Shown here: piece after piece, positions 11,751 through 26,400 of the stretch
Layout of the letters: each line of letters opens with the position of its first letter
Numbering within the stretch: the first letter of the stretch is position 1
Assembly (NCBI RefSeq): GCF_964355755.1
Contig: NC_092671.1
Span: 38,140,304 to 38,204,303, forward strand
DNA length: 64,000 bases
Direction: 5' to 3'
Origin: Antedon mediterranea
Taxonomy: Eukaryota; Animalia; Echinodermata
The notes under the pieces: model-generated
The model's input: only the letters and a program-made list of their open reading frames with translations
Database searches by the model: none
Told to the model about the DNA's origin: nothing
Program-made: the position numbers and the translations under genes

Positions 11751-12674
11751 CGGTTTTATTGAGGTGATAAACTTGTTCTAGCTTTTTTATTGTAATTTAC
11801 AAATTTTCGGAAATTTACATTTATAACTAACAATGTAGGCTAACAACCAGGATTATCAAAATGAATTATAATAAGTGAATTTTGTGTCTCAGATTATCAT
11901 GCTCAAATTTACTATAGCACAAGTTATATAATAATAACAAAATACTAATACTGTATATATAACAAGTGTATAATAGTCTATAAATTCTAAAAATAGAAAT
12001 AGTAGGCCTATATAGAAACTAAACAGATGTATAAATTTAGCAATTTAACTACCAGTACCCAGGATTTTACATTAGAAGCGTTAATTTGCCAACTAATATT
12101 TGATGCTATATTCTTAAAATGAACTGTTATTACTGCTTCCTTGCCGAATAAAGACAAATATACATAGTTTACAATGCGTCATATTTTATTTAATATCGTC
12201 AAACTTGTTCTATATTATTTGAAGCTTAAAATCGGTGATAAAGCTTTTCCTAAAAACATCAAGTGTTCCCCAACAACACTGTAAAAATGCATTCCACTTT
12301 TAACCAATCACAACAAAGTCAGCCATGCGAAAATAACTGACCAATCGCACACTTGCCATTTAAAAACTACTGACCATTCACACGGTGGGCAAAGGAATTG
12401 ATCAACCACAAACAGGTCGTAAAACAATTGACAAATCCAACGTTTTACTACTGCAACTACTATTGATTGAAAATAATAATTATATTTCCAAAATAATTGA
12501 ATGTGAGAAACAAATTAAATTATCTTTGTTAGATTTTATGTGCCGCAATATTTGTACCGTGTATGATGATCAGTCGAAAACAATACTGAACAAAAGTTTA
12601 ATTTTTACATGTTTTTGATAAATGAAGTAAATTTCATACCAGACCTCGATCTCTAACTTATAATAAGTTAGTCC

Positions 12675-12910
12675 CCTTTAACTTTGTAATAAATAAATAA
12701 ATAAACCTCCCTAACTTATTGAATTGTAAAGTACAACCCCCCCTAACTTTGTAATAAATAAACTTCCCTAACTTACTGTATTGTATAAGTACGAACTCCC
12801 TAACTTTGTAATAAATAAATAAACTTCCCTAACTTACTGTATTGTATAAGTATGACCTCCCTAACTTTGTAATAAATAAGTAAGTCTATTACCTCCCTAA
12901 CGTTTGTATT
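12675..12910. repeat. Minisatellite, ~55-60-bp unit, about 4 copies
   Basis: ccctaactttgtaataaataaa...cttccctaacttactgtattgtataagta repeated. Confidence 0.8.
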
Positions 12911-13493
12911 GTACTAAATACATTGGTCACATTAAGTAGGGAATGAAATATATTGGAATATTTTTACCATTAAAGTACTTTTATCCAAATTGCAATGTTA
13001 TATTTTATTAAAATTTCATACTGTACTAAGATATTACACTTAATACTTCTATACTGTCAAAAATGATAATTATTTAGGAAACAAAATACTAATGTTAACA
13101 TGATATGGAAACAAAAAATAATACAAACAATATAAAAATAAAAATTGACAGACAAAACATATTTATATAAAATTAAAAAAAACACTGTAAAATAGATTGA
13201 CATCAGGTAATTCAAAGTGACATTTGCACTGTGTTCCATATGACATTATTAATATTTTAGTTAGCTTCAGTTGATATCAATTTAGATTATACAGAAAAAT
13301 GTATAAAGCGCTTACGCATTATGCGCCAAGATCAAGTTATCACCCAGTATCATAAATGGGTATTTGGAACCTTTTAACACGACATATTTTGTAAAAGGAC
13401 AATGTTAAAATAACATAAATACATTTCATGACTGTCTTTACACAGTCTCTTATGCAAGGGATTTTTTTTTACCTAGCATGACTTTTAGTCTAA

Positions 13494-13633
13494 AGCTCTG
13501 TCTATACTATCAAACTTTATGTGACAAAAAAAATGTGATGTGCCCATATATGGACATGATGATGTCATATCACTAACATATTTGGACACATCATACTTTT
13601 TTGTCAAACTATTTTGATAGTGTAGATAGAGCT
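13494..13633. mobile_element. Harbinger/Tourist-like MITE family (TIR AGCTCTGTCTACACTATCAAACT), representative copy
   Basis: Inverted termini with TAA/TTA flanks. Other copies at about 17387-17547, 18327-18478, 21958-22034, 28925-29058, 34345-34471, 35321-35545, 36153-36254, 43109-43282, 44275-44571, 46920-47080, 47850-48007, 49075-49411, 49906-50194, 51978-52053, 62580-62708, 63524-64000. Confidence 0.9.
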
Positions 13634-14356
13634 TTAGGGAGAGCATATATTACATGGAGTAACCTCAATGGTGCCGAAAAGTACAATATCTAATTGTTGG
13701 AATTTGCTCCCTATAAGATATTATTGCATCAAGTTTTAACAGAACAAAGATCAATGGATAATGCATACCATCTAACTCTATTAAGGGGACACCTTGGGGG
13801 CCACTATAAGTGTCCGCGGAATAGGGGTTTACTATAAAAATATATTCTTCCCCCATTTGTTTCACAGGAAAAGTCCCTTAGGGGTGTGCCACAATAGGGG
13901 TGTGCCACAATAGGGGTGGGCCACAAGAGGAGTCTGTGTTACAACACCATGAATTACTTTACATTAACCTGTACCAAATTCTGCATATACTGTACATAGA
14001 TTTTCAACTAAAACTTTACAATTCACATCCGAACAACATGTCACTTAAATCATGGTTCAGTCTTTTACCTCATAAAATCTTTCTTGTTATTCTGCTACAA
14101 AAAGCACATAAATATTATATATTATTATCAAAATTAACATTTATTTATTACTCTCTGCATTGAGCACTTTTACAGCCCCTTTGTCATATTTATCATAATT
14201 GATATAAATATAGGTGTATTTGTTTTTTTAATTCTTAAATGTTTTTCATATGAAAACATTTTGATTGAATTCATTGTCTTTGTGTACATTGACAAATTGA
14301 AAAAAAAAATCTATTTTATTTTTTAGCCTATATAAATGGATATACGATGTCTAACA

Positions 14357-14465
14357 CTATAAGAATTCAGCTGCCGCAGCTGAGAAGCGTGCTTTTTCTC
14401 TCAAAGCTAAATTGAAACCTTTTCGAAGCATTATTCCTTCGACATCTTTGTCTTCTTGTTGTTCC
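14357..14465 (-). CDS. MICAL3: MICAL last coding exon
   Basis: [36 protein letters not shown]; TAG at 14357-14359. Confidence 0.92.
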
Positions 14466-17400
14466 CTGGAAAATATAAAGAAAGTTTTAAAAACTTACAC
14501 AATGTATGAATTATCATTGACATTTGGTATAATGAAAGAAACATTAATAAAAAAATGAATAATCCTAGTCTGATAACTAAATCCCAACACCGTACTTTGC
14601 AGACACATAGAAAAACAAAAGTTACCTGAGCCTTTCTTCTTCCAGAAGCGCCACCAACGCGTCCCTTTGCTCGACGACTTCGAGCATTTCTTCAAGGAGG
14701 AGCTTTTCTTGGGCAACGTCATCCGACGATTTTCTTGAATCTAATTTTAACAAAAAAGGTTTTTTATTTCGGGAGTCAAAAATTATTATAACACAGAATC
14801 AAAACAGTTGAAAGGAAAAAATCAAAATAAATATATTTAGAAATTAAATGGACACAGAATACCAAACTGTCAACACCTAACAATTTACATAAAAAATAAA
14901 TTACAAATTATAATAATCAAAAAAAAAACCTGGTATAAAAAAAGATTGAAACTGTGGACATTGAATACACAACAAAAGAATGTTATTACATAATTGAAGT
15001 TACAACTTTAAACTAAATTGTTGTAACAATAAAAATATAAACATTTATTAAAATAATTAAAACATAAAAAAACAATCCATTCATTTCCATACAGTACAAT
15101 GCATAATATTGATATAGCAGTATTAAATAAATTATATATATCAAATTATTCTTTATACAATGATATATGAATCTTAAGAATTAGTTTATAATGTTTTTTA
15201 TTGTATTCCATGCGTTGATTATATATGCATAAATTGACATGCACGCTGAATATACTTTCTCATGCAATATACATTGTCATGTCATGCTGAGCAGCAGGAG
15301 GCTGCACACCTACTGGAAGAGTGATTTCAATGATGGCAACAACAGAGGGGGGAGGGGATATTCCATGCTTGTAAATCTGCTGTAGGAGGTCGTACATACA
15401 GGCGATTAGGGGCATACAGCATACATTGCGCACTTACTCTGCCCTCCGGCATTTGGAATCTCAACAAACTCAAATGTTAAATTTAAATCCTCTTCTTCGT
15501 CTATGCATATAAAGACAATGTAATATTCAAATACTTGAATATATAGTAGTAGATATTATATAGTAATATTGTAGAATACATAGGGTTTTAAATCTACAGG
15601 ACTCTAAACCAGAAGTAAGAAACATTGTTGCGATTACATATAAAGTAAGGTATGGCAATCAATAAATATAATTAAGGTAATCAATAAATATAATCAGTTT
15701 ATATAATCATAGCATATATTTCATCATATTATCTTAGAGCTTTTAGTAAACAAACAAGAGAATGACTAACAGGGGGTGTAAGAGCAATAAGAGGATTGAA
15801 TGTGAGTAGAGATGAAAACGGCAATAAACACAATCAAATCATAGACTTATTTTAACAGCATGCCACTGAATTACTGACTAAAGTATTAATAACTTCTACC
15901 ATCACAATTATACAAGCAAAACAGACTTAGGTCTGTTTAACTGATTTTCCATAATCTGGAATAAATTTCTACCATAAACCTAATGACGACTTAAACAGCC
16001 AGTGTTTGTGGAAAATGTGTGCATTAAAATCTAATCCAATATTTAACTGCTGGGATAGATTTTTACTTTACAAATAATTAACTCTACTATACTTTACACT
16101 ACAATCTAAGTATAAATTTAATTTTAATATATATATATTTTTTTAGATTGGATATCAGCGAAGCAGTAGTGCAATGTTTCATACAATATTTGTTTAATAT
16201 ATTCTTCAATAATAAAAAACTTTTGTAATTACTATAACATATAGAAAGCAATAGCTATGCTTTTAACATAGAAAATCAGCAAAAAGCATTATTTTATTAC
16301 AATTTCTTAGTATGGATACATTATTATTCTAAATGGTTTCTAGTTTTGTTTGTACAGCAGTTGTGAAACCGATAGTCTAAGCAGCGAACTCATAATGTTT
16401 TTATTACACAATAGATAATTTCCTTGCTAGTTTTAAACAATTTTTTTTATAACTTCCGTGTCACTGAGCTTTATATCTATTTAAATAAAGTAATAACAGT
16501 AAAATCTCAATGGTTTAATGGCAGGGCACCTGCATATCAAGCAGGAATCTTGGTTCATTCTTCACTCATTATATTGTTCTTCATAATCTCATTTTTACAA
16601 CTTGCATATGATAATTTATTGAATTTAGTTACTAATTAATTTATTGCCACACAGTTTTTCATTGCGCTCTTACACATATTTATAAATGTCAAATGATTGA
16701 ACCTTTAATTATCCTAGATAATATTTATCAATTGACTTACCATCTACTGCCATTCTCTGCCTTAAATCCTGCTCTAACATACTGTGTCTATCCTCTAGTT
16801 CTAGCTCTCTCTTACTATATATTATAAAAAGAAATATTAAACAATTAATACCAAACAATTCATACAATTTAAATAATTTAATGCAATCATAAAGTCATTC
16901 AGTAAAGAAGGCAGGAAAGAAGGCAGGAAAGAAGGCAGGAAAGAAGGCAGGAAAGAAGGCAGGAAAGAAGGCAGGAAAGAAGGCAGGAAAGAAGGCAGGA
17001 AAAAGCCCAATGAGTGGTACACCATACTTTCATTATTTATATTTTTTTTTACAACTACTGATTATTGTTATTATGATATAACTTGCGACAATAAATTGAA
17101 ATTCAAATTGAATTGAAATTATATTATTAATTCATCTCTTTATTCTTTACATGCCTACAAAGAAAAATAGACCTCTTAGATATACTTACTGTATCATAAG
17201 TTCTGACTCGAATCTTACAAGGGCATGTTTTTCATTGATTAATTGAAACCACTGTTGCATGAGTGTGTGTTCATCCATTCCCGTTATATCTACAATCAAA
17301 CAAACATAGAAATATTAAGAATTTGCGATTTGTGGAATAATGTTAAAGGGTATACACGTTGACTTTAAGAGAGCTGCATAAACTTATGTCTACACCATCA

Positions 17401-20400
17401 AAGTGTATGTGACCAAAAAGTGTGATGTACCCAAATATGGTAGCAATATGTCCAAATATGGTATTGATATGATCATGATCATCATGTCCATATATGGGAA
17501 CATCACATTTTTGTTGTCACATAAAGTTTGATAGTGTAGACAGGACTTAATGTTTTCATTACCTCCTTCACCCCTAAGTGCCTTCTCTACTTCAACACCC
17601 CTGTCTTCCAGCTCACGGTTCTTAACCTCAACTTCCTGCAACTGCCGCTGTATCTCCTGTGCCATACGCAGACGTTTCTGTTGCTGTTGTTTGTGTTGGC
17701 GCCGTGCTTCTCTCTGTACTCGTCTCGTCAGCTGTTCACTGATCTCTTCTTCTTCCATCTTCCTTTTCTCCTGAGGTTCAGTAAATAAGTTGATTAATAT
17801 TTAGAAATACATTCATGTTAAACATTAGATAAATATATTTTAGTGAAATATTAAAATATTTGTAAGTAATTATATTATTATGAAATGATTCGAAATTTAT
17901 AAAAATTTAGTTGCATTTGAAGCTAGAGGAACACACTTGCCATTATTTAAAAAGAATCTTTATTAATGATATTTTGTTTACCAATTTATTTATTTAAATA
18001 ATGTTACAATGATATTAAGGCAATATTGTTAACAAATTGATTTTTCTTAAATTAATAAAGTTTTAAAAACAACTTGAAAGCATGCATGAAAAGGTAGGGT
18101 AGGGTGGCTATGTTATTTCACACACATTTAATAAAGCACAATGAAATGTCAAACTCTGAGTGGTGGTGGTGGAACTCTATCAGGAAAGGAGCAAACAATC
18201 GCAAAGCCTTAATTAGCAAAAACACAGTCTTAATTATATAAACAACAATCAAAATAGTGCTGTGCTGTCAAAATGGCACACAACAGGTTTGTGTGTAATC
18301 TGTTGAAATATCCCTTATGTAATTTAAGCTCTGTCTACACTATCAAACTTATGTGACAAAAAAATGTGATGTCCCCATATTTGGACATGTCATATGACTA
18401 CCATATTTAAGCATATCACTACCATATATGGTCACATCACACTTTTTTATCACATAGTTTGGTAATGTAGACAAAGCTTTAGGATTGGTCTGGTGAGATA
18501 CCTATTATGTCTCTCACTTTCTTTAAAGATTTCAAGCTCTTTAAGATTAAAAATTCTGGTTTACTCAAAATGTAGTAGAATAATATATGTCAAGGTGCGA
18601 CTAGGTGTCGTAGTTAATGCAATTTGTTGACAGTGTAATATAATTGATGTGCAATTTGTAGATGGACTGTAACTGTTACCGTGACTGAACACATTATGGT
18701 ACTTGGAGGCTAGCACTGTAAATTTGAATATTGAATATTAACTGAAAAATTTCACAAACAGAACAATTCCTTATAAAAACACATGGGCATGGATTGTAAA
18801 ATCAGCGACTTTGATAACTCCAGAGAGAGCCGTATTTAGAAGGTCAATCTAGGCCCTAGCATGGTGATATAAATTTACATCATCGCGCTAGCCTTACGCC
18901 TATGGAACTTGTTTTGTCCCGATTTACATTTTAAATATGGCGCTCTCTGGAGTTATCGAAGTAGCATATATAAATTAAGCACAAACATTACTATAGTATA
19001 AACAATAATAACTCCTTAAAACACATTAAAAATAGTACAGTTCTGATTAAATGTAACACTGTAAACACCATGTATACATGCAAATCAGTATCGCCTAATT
19101 AGCATGCAGGTGGGGTGAACCAATGACATATCTAGTGATCTAAGTGAATTCACACTATTTTGACTTAACTGAATTCTTTATAGTGATTCACTAAATATGC
19201 ACTGAAAGTGTACCAGTATGAAATTCAAATAAAGAAATGTGGAACGGTATTGAAAACTAGAAATAGCATGAGGGTATTTGTGTTGACTTTCTTGCTTAAA
19301 TAGGTTTGTTTTTCTTTAAGAATTAACACTACTTTTCAATTAGCAAAATTTATCTTAAATTTGAATAGAACTTTTTAAATCAATAAATTCCAATAAAGAA
19401 ACTGTTTTGACTAACTAAAGAAGGATGCTGAGGGTATTTGTGTTGACTTTCTTTCTCAAATATTTTTTTTTTTCTTTAAAAATTAATACTATTTTCTGAT
19501 TTGCAAAATTCATCTTAAATTGAACTTTTAAATCATTAAATATTGATTTTATTCATCCTTTTCTTTGTTTTTGGTTAAAGATTCATGTTTTAGAGTTTAC
19601 AATAAAGGAAGAGCTTTTCAAAATATAGTATAATAATTAATATAATACTTTTTTAAAATAATATTTTAATAATATATACTTATAGAATAATTTATATTAT
19701 TGTACAAAACAGACACCAGTAGACTTTATATATGTTGAACATTTAGATTAAATTTAAATGGAAACATGATGAATGGGAAGAAGGTTTGACAATGATTTAT
19801 AAATAAAACTGATATATTGATAAACAGAAAATATATAATGTATTAAAAGCAGTTAGTTGCATAACATTATGTATACAAATACTATATAATATAAAGGGGT
19901 GGATTGGATTAGCTGGTAGCAGTGGCAGATCCAGGATTTGTTTGCTTGGGGTGGTGACAACAGGCGTAAATAATTGATGCGTTCTTTTGCTCACTACTTA
20001 GCATTTGTTTGCTGGGGTAGTGCACAGTTTCTGGCTTAGTAATTTACTCGGCTAAGTCTAACCATCAAAGTTAGCGATAATTGTTCCATGAAATCCACTT
20101 ATACCATTTTCACATTTGCTAAATGTAACAACTTGTAACCAGGTTTATTAAGTGCGAAGACAATTTTCTGGAAAATCTCCTAAGATTTCACAGGGGAAAA
20201 ACACACCGACAAGAGGCCTGTTCTTCTCTCCGAGATGTCCTGAGTTTGTACTGTGCATGTGTGTTGCCCTGGAATTTAACTGACCAATCACAGGACACAA
20301 ATAATTAAATAGTACCCCCAACTATGCAATGACAATACTTTCTCCTTGTAACAAGTTGTAACAATTTATGCAGATGTGAAAAGGGTATCGGTGGGTAAAT

Positions 20401-23400
20401 TAACTAAGCCTGAACGGGACCACATGACCACAAGGATTTGTTTACTTGTGTTGGAGCTCAGTTTCCCCTGGATCAGCCACTGCATACACATCACAAACAC
20501 TATATAAATGGAGGTATATACTAATGATAATAGGGGTGTATTATTTGTCTTCTTATATACCTTTTCTGCTTTGAGTGCTTTCCTGTTTATAACCTGTAAG
20601 CAATGCCATGAAAATAACATAAAAACTGATGTTAAAAAAGTGTTATTCAGAAAAATAAATATAAAACTATAATTGAAAAAAATTAACAGAAAATAATTGA
20701 TTGAGCATAGCAGTTATATTTTGAAAATATACATAATTGGGTGAAATGCCTCTAGTAATCTAAAGCAAAAAAATATGAATATAAATTAAAAAACAAAATT
20801 CAGATTGTTATACTTTTAAATTCATCTACCTCGACATGATTCATAAATGCAAGTTATTAGAAAATTTAAAACATAACTAGGAAATATGGGCAAAATAATT
20901 TTTTTTTTTTAAGAAGGAATAATTAAAATAAAATTTAATTAGTTAATATAAATTTTGTGGAAGATTTGTCATTTATCAATTCTATTTTTTAACCACTAGT
21001 AAAAAGGACATTCTGCGCATACTCATATGTTTCCGAGCATGCACAGAATTAATCGTTTACTTTGCCCGTCACGAATAATTTGGTTTTATATTTTGAATTT
21101 TTATATTTTGAATTTTCAGGATTATGACATACAGCTTGGTTCCCACTAGAACGTAACGCAAGGACGTAAACGCAACGCAAGCGTTTTAACCAATGACAAG
21201 CGAAGTTATAGACAGTTAGCAATCACAAGTGAATAAGCCATCGCTTGTGATTGGTCAATTCACTTGCGTTGCGTTACGTCCTTGCGTTGCGTCGCTAGTG
21301 GGAACCACGCTTTAGAGTAAAATTTCACACCCTTTAAGCATACTTAATAACAAACAAATTTTGTGCGAGAGAAAGCCCCTTAATATCAAAAATTGAAATT
21401 TCCACTAATTGAAATTGAAGAATAGCAAGAAACAGAACATAAAATAATGAAACACTACAGAAAGTAGACAAATGATAATCGAGAGTTATCACATGATACA
21501 CAAATGACAAATCAAAAGTAAATCACATGATAAAGAGACGACAAATGATATTGGTGTCTATTTTGTCCTTAGTTTTTAAAAATAAAGGGACTTTTAAATA
21601 TGGTGGAAATTTATATTTATTAAATTATTCATTAACTCATATAATTAATCTATTAAAATGTGTTATATCTTTCATTTTATATTCAAATATTAATAATTGC
21701 AATAATGGTAAAGTGCCCTGCCTGTAAAAGAATTGTCATTGAACAAAAGTCAAATCACATTCTTTCATATTAGTTGATTTATCTTAAAATTAAAATCAAA
21801 ATTATATTAATATAACTTTAATCCATTTATGGTATTTTTTACCAGTAATAAATAATAAAGTAGTATCTAAGGAGTGTAAAAAAATGGGAGAAAGTTCAAA
21901 TGATTAATTGTCGATTGCGAAATGATAATAAAATGTATACACGGAATAGGAAACTAAAGATCTTTCAACACTATCAAACTAATATGCACATATTACATAT
22001 TTTTGTCAAAGTTTGATAGTGTCGACACAGAGATTTAATAACTGTAGAGGGCGGCAATACAGAAACGGATAACATTTATACATAGAAAGGAAAGAGGAAA
22101 TGTACAGTACACAGAATAGAGACTAAATAACAAACAAACGCCTTAGTTGAAATAACTGTAGAGGGCGGCAATACAGAAACGGATAACATTTATACGTAGA
22201 AAGGAAAGAGGAAATGTACAGTACACAGAATAGAGACTAAATAACAAACAAACGCCTTAGTTGAAATAACTGTAGAGGGCAGTAAATACAAAAACATTTA
22301 TAAAAAGATAACATAGAAAATAGACAAAGACACAATACAAAGACAATACAAGAATGGAGACTGATTTTATACAACAAAACATTTACTTTGAAACTAACGA
22401 GTTACAAACAGAAGAATAACAATGAGTATTTTACTAAGTAATAAATAAGGTCCATGAAACATCAATCTTGCGGATCAATGTTCTTTTACAAGATACAAAC
22501 GTTAGATTTTGAATCTTTTGCACACATTAAACATTAATTTAAAGTAAATAAAAGCACACTTAATGATGTCCCATGTTAATATTTGTTCACCCTTCTTTTA
22601 AACTGAAGTACTTAACTAAAAAACACATGCAATACATTCACTAATAGCGATGTTGTACATATACACAATTTATAATTCACATATTTTACATACTAATGTC
22701 ACAAGGTTTGATGTGTTATTCAGATTAGAACGTATTAATATTCTCAATATTAATGGTACAGGCATAACAAAGGTGTATGGTTAGTACCAATGTTTTGTTT
22801 ACCAGATTACCATTACAAGTGTACATTTACCATTTCATTCAATGTACCAAAACCAATATACCATGGTATATCAACATCAAATTATGGTGTGTCATAATTA
22901 TGATACCAAAACAGGTATAATGTACCATGGTTTACCAATATGAAAATACCAGGACCAGTAAAACATGTGTACCACAATCATAAGTCTATGCTATGATACC
23001 AGTGTCTCACACAATTAGCATACTCGTACCGACGACCATGGTACTACAACCATTTTACCTTGTTAACTGTTTTTAAAATTGTGGTCAATTATAATCACGC
23101 TCTTAACATAATAGTTGTAACTGCACATGACCAAGTCACAGTAAAAAAATAAAAGGAATACCTGAAGTACTGTTTCCACAATTTTTGCGTAACAAAATCA
23201 CTTGTATTTTGAACTTTTGGTTGATCATTTCACAGCGTTTTAGGTTGTGATTGCATAATATATCACGAAAAAACATCAAAATTCTTGCAAATGAAAATTA
23301 TTTAAAAATGGTACGTATTATCAGGGAAGCGTTCTTCCCTGGTACATACACATACAGTGCCTCTTGTCTTTAATACAATCTTTTTTTTTCAAAATTATTT

Positions 23401-26400
23401 TTATTGTTTGACATGGTCATGTGCAGTTGATGCTTGTTACATATTAGGCTATATATCTGCTAAGCCTGGATTGGAATCAACAGCAAATGGACCACTTTTT
23501 AGCAACTTTTAGCAACATTGAGTTTTGTAGCAGATTTCTTTGTTTATATTTTGCTGAAATCAACATTTGTAAAGCTTTTCACTTTTTGGGAGAAAGGATA
23601 GAAAGGTTTACATGCAATAAAGCTTTAAAATAAAATGTCTTTGAAATAAAGGTCTTTAAAAATAAAATGTCTTTAAAAATAAAATGTCTTTAAAAATAAA
23701 ATATCTTTAATAAAAATAAAATATCTTTAAAAATAAAATGTCTTAAAAGCTTTAAAATAAAATTTCTACTTTATAAACAAACATAAAATACTGTTTGTTT
23801 GGAATAAATTAACAATTTTAATTGTTTATGTTTTCATGTTTAAGATTTTCACAAATAATGATATTTAATTTATTTTTATAAAGTATTTCATTTGATATCT
23901 AAAGAAAATAGTTATGTTGAAATTGCAGAAGAAAAGTTAAAAAAAGTTGTTTATGAAAATTTACGAATTGCATTAAATAATTAGATTTAAAAAAAAACAT
24001 TTTTTATTTATTTGGCTACACTGTAAAATAAATGTTTTAAAATTAAAATATAAAAGACTTCTCAGCATTAATTAACCAAATGACACCCTTCACCAAAATG
24101 ATAAAGAAAACGTTTGAAATTGTAGTGCTTTAAAATGCTAATTTGCAACTAAATTATGATTTGCTTAATTGTAAACTAACGGCATTGCGAAAAAGAATTT
24201 GCAGATTAATGTTTTTATTAATTTAAAGACTTTTGTTTTCAAAAACAGCAGTACATTCTTAATATTCAATTTCTTTTTAAAGAAGAAAAAACAGGGGAAA
24301 AAAGAAGAAAAAAAAACGGAGGGAAAAACTAAGGGAAAAAAAACAGGGAAAAAGAAAAGTGTGTGTGTGTGACTAATTGTGTGGGAACACACTGTAATTA
24401 ACAGAAATTTGTGTGTGTTTTGAACTGTGTGTGAACAGACTTTAAGTAAGAGTTGTGCACAGACAGAAGACAGACTTAGCTTAATCTATTTCATGCACTA
24501 AAAATCACAGCAAATAAAAGACAAGTAGTTCAAGAATGTGCAAGAAATTGTTTACCTTTCTAAACGATTTCAGCTGGTGGGAAAAAAGGCCAAGTATTTG
24601 TGAATATTACCATATTATTTGCATACTGTGGTGAATTATTTAATTTGCATATCATTATAATACAATAGGTATTAATAAGGTGTCTTCAATTGCCTACTCT
24701 TGTCTTGTTAACCTGCAAAGTGAACTAAATACTTTTTCCCAATAAGCAAAAACTTTGCAGTTCCATCGGCAAGTTTATGTTCTTTGAGATTAGTGACGTG
24801 GCGATTATTCTGTGCACTGATTGGCTAGCTTACCGTGTCTATAAATAGCCAAAATCATGCTGATACCTATATAGCGATCAGCACTGCCGACTTGCAAGGT
24901 GTAAAATCTTATAAAATATTATATAGCATATATTCTTTGCCTAACTATATGTCACAAATTAGATTGTCATTTAAAAGTACTTTTCAAAAGACATAGTATA
25001 TCTTCTATATGACAATAAATTTTATCATACCTACTCTTCTACCAAAACCAGTGAAAAAATATAGGCAAAATAATCTATATGCCTATAAACAGGTTTTCAT
25101 ATAAAAATATAATTTTATTTTATACTAAATAAATACTAAAAATATATATTGAGTTTTATTTTATTCCTGAGAAAAATGTATGTTAATAATAAAAAATGAT
25201 TGAATTGATAAAATATTTATGAAATTATATACACCTTATGAATTGGCCGCATATACCCACATTAAGCAATTTATACGTACTTAATATCACAAGGCGTAAA
25301 AAGGTTGTTTAAAAAGCTATTGAATGTAAACCAAATCCCCATTAAGGCGAATTTACACAGATGAGCAGTAACAGTAAGCGTGAAGGTTTTCCGCTTACCT
25401 TTACTGCTCGTCTGTGTAAATTCGCCTTTATGCAACATTGTGATCAAGTATAGCGTATTACAGACATAAATTAGATGTGAACCATGTTTAGAACATAAGA
25501 GTAAACCATCGTTTTCTCACCTTAAACTTCTTGCCCCACATTCGTCGAGGTGACTTCTTTGGTTTAGTATCAGATACAACCACCGGTTGATTTGAATAAT
25601 CATCATCATCACTCGATTCAGCTAGGTCATCAATGTTTGCATTCAACTTGGGGTCAATTGTAAGTCTACGGGCTATTAAAAAATATTAAATATAACTTGT
25701 TTACATTCATTCATCATTCGGGGGAAAAAAATAAATAAAAAAAATGTTGAGTGAACTCGTTTGATCATTATTTATTTGGTGTTGTAGAACAGTTAAAACT
25801 TGTTATTTTATGATGTTTTTATCTCTGTTTTTTTTAATATTATAATTTATATATTTGTTCACTAAGAGTGTGATTAAATAAATAAACAAATAAAAACAAA
25901 AAAAATTCATCAGTGGAAAATTATTTTGATGTCAAAATATACAGAGATATACAAAAACAGATGATAAAAAAAAAAAAAAAATTACAATTCAAAATGTCAC
26001 ATACTGACAAGCATTCGGTGCCCAAATGGCAGCTGGATAAAAACTGTTACCTATTTGTACAAGAAATGATGGACCGAAATGAACATAGGAAAAAAGTATT
26101 AGTAAAGTAAAAAAAGCAAAAATAGTTCATCATTATTAGGTATTTTGGTACATTCTTTTGTTCAATTTTGTTTATAGATAATTTAAAATCCTTCATATTA
26201 CAAACCTGGCCTATGGAATTTGCTACCAAACTTCGGTGTTGATCCAGCAACAACGTCTGGCATTGATGGGTCTACCTCATCATCATCAATACTGACAATG
26301 GGCGCCCTCTCACTCCTAGGTTTCTCATCTACATACGACATGTTCTCAGAAGAAGTGCCAATGTATTCCATCGATTTCCTACCCTTTCTATTTTTCTTTA

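Noticed and set aside
16837-17025. ORF with (LPSF)n
   Set aside because: Translation of the 12-bp tandem repeat.
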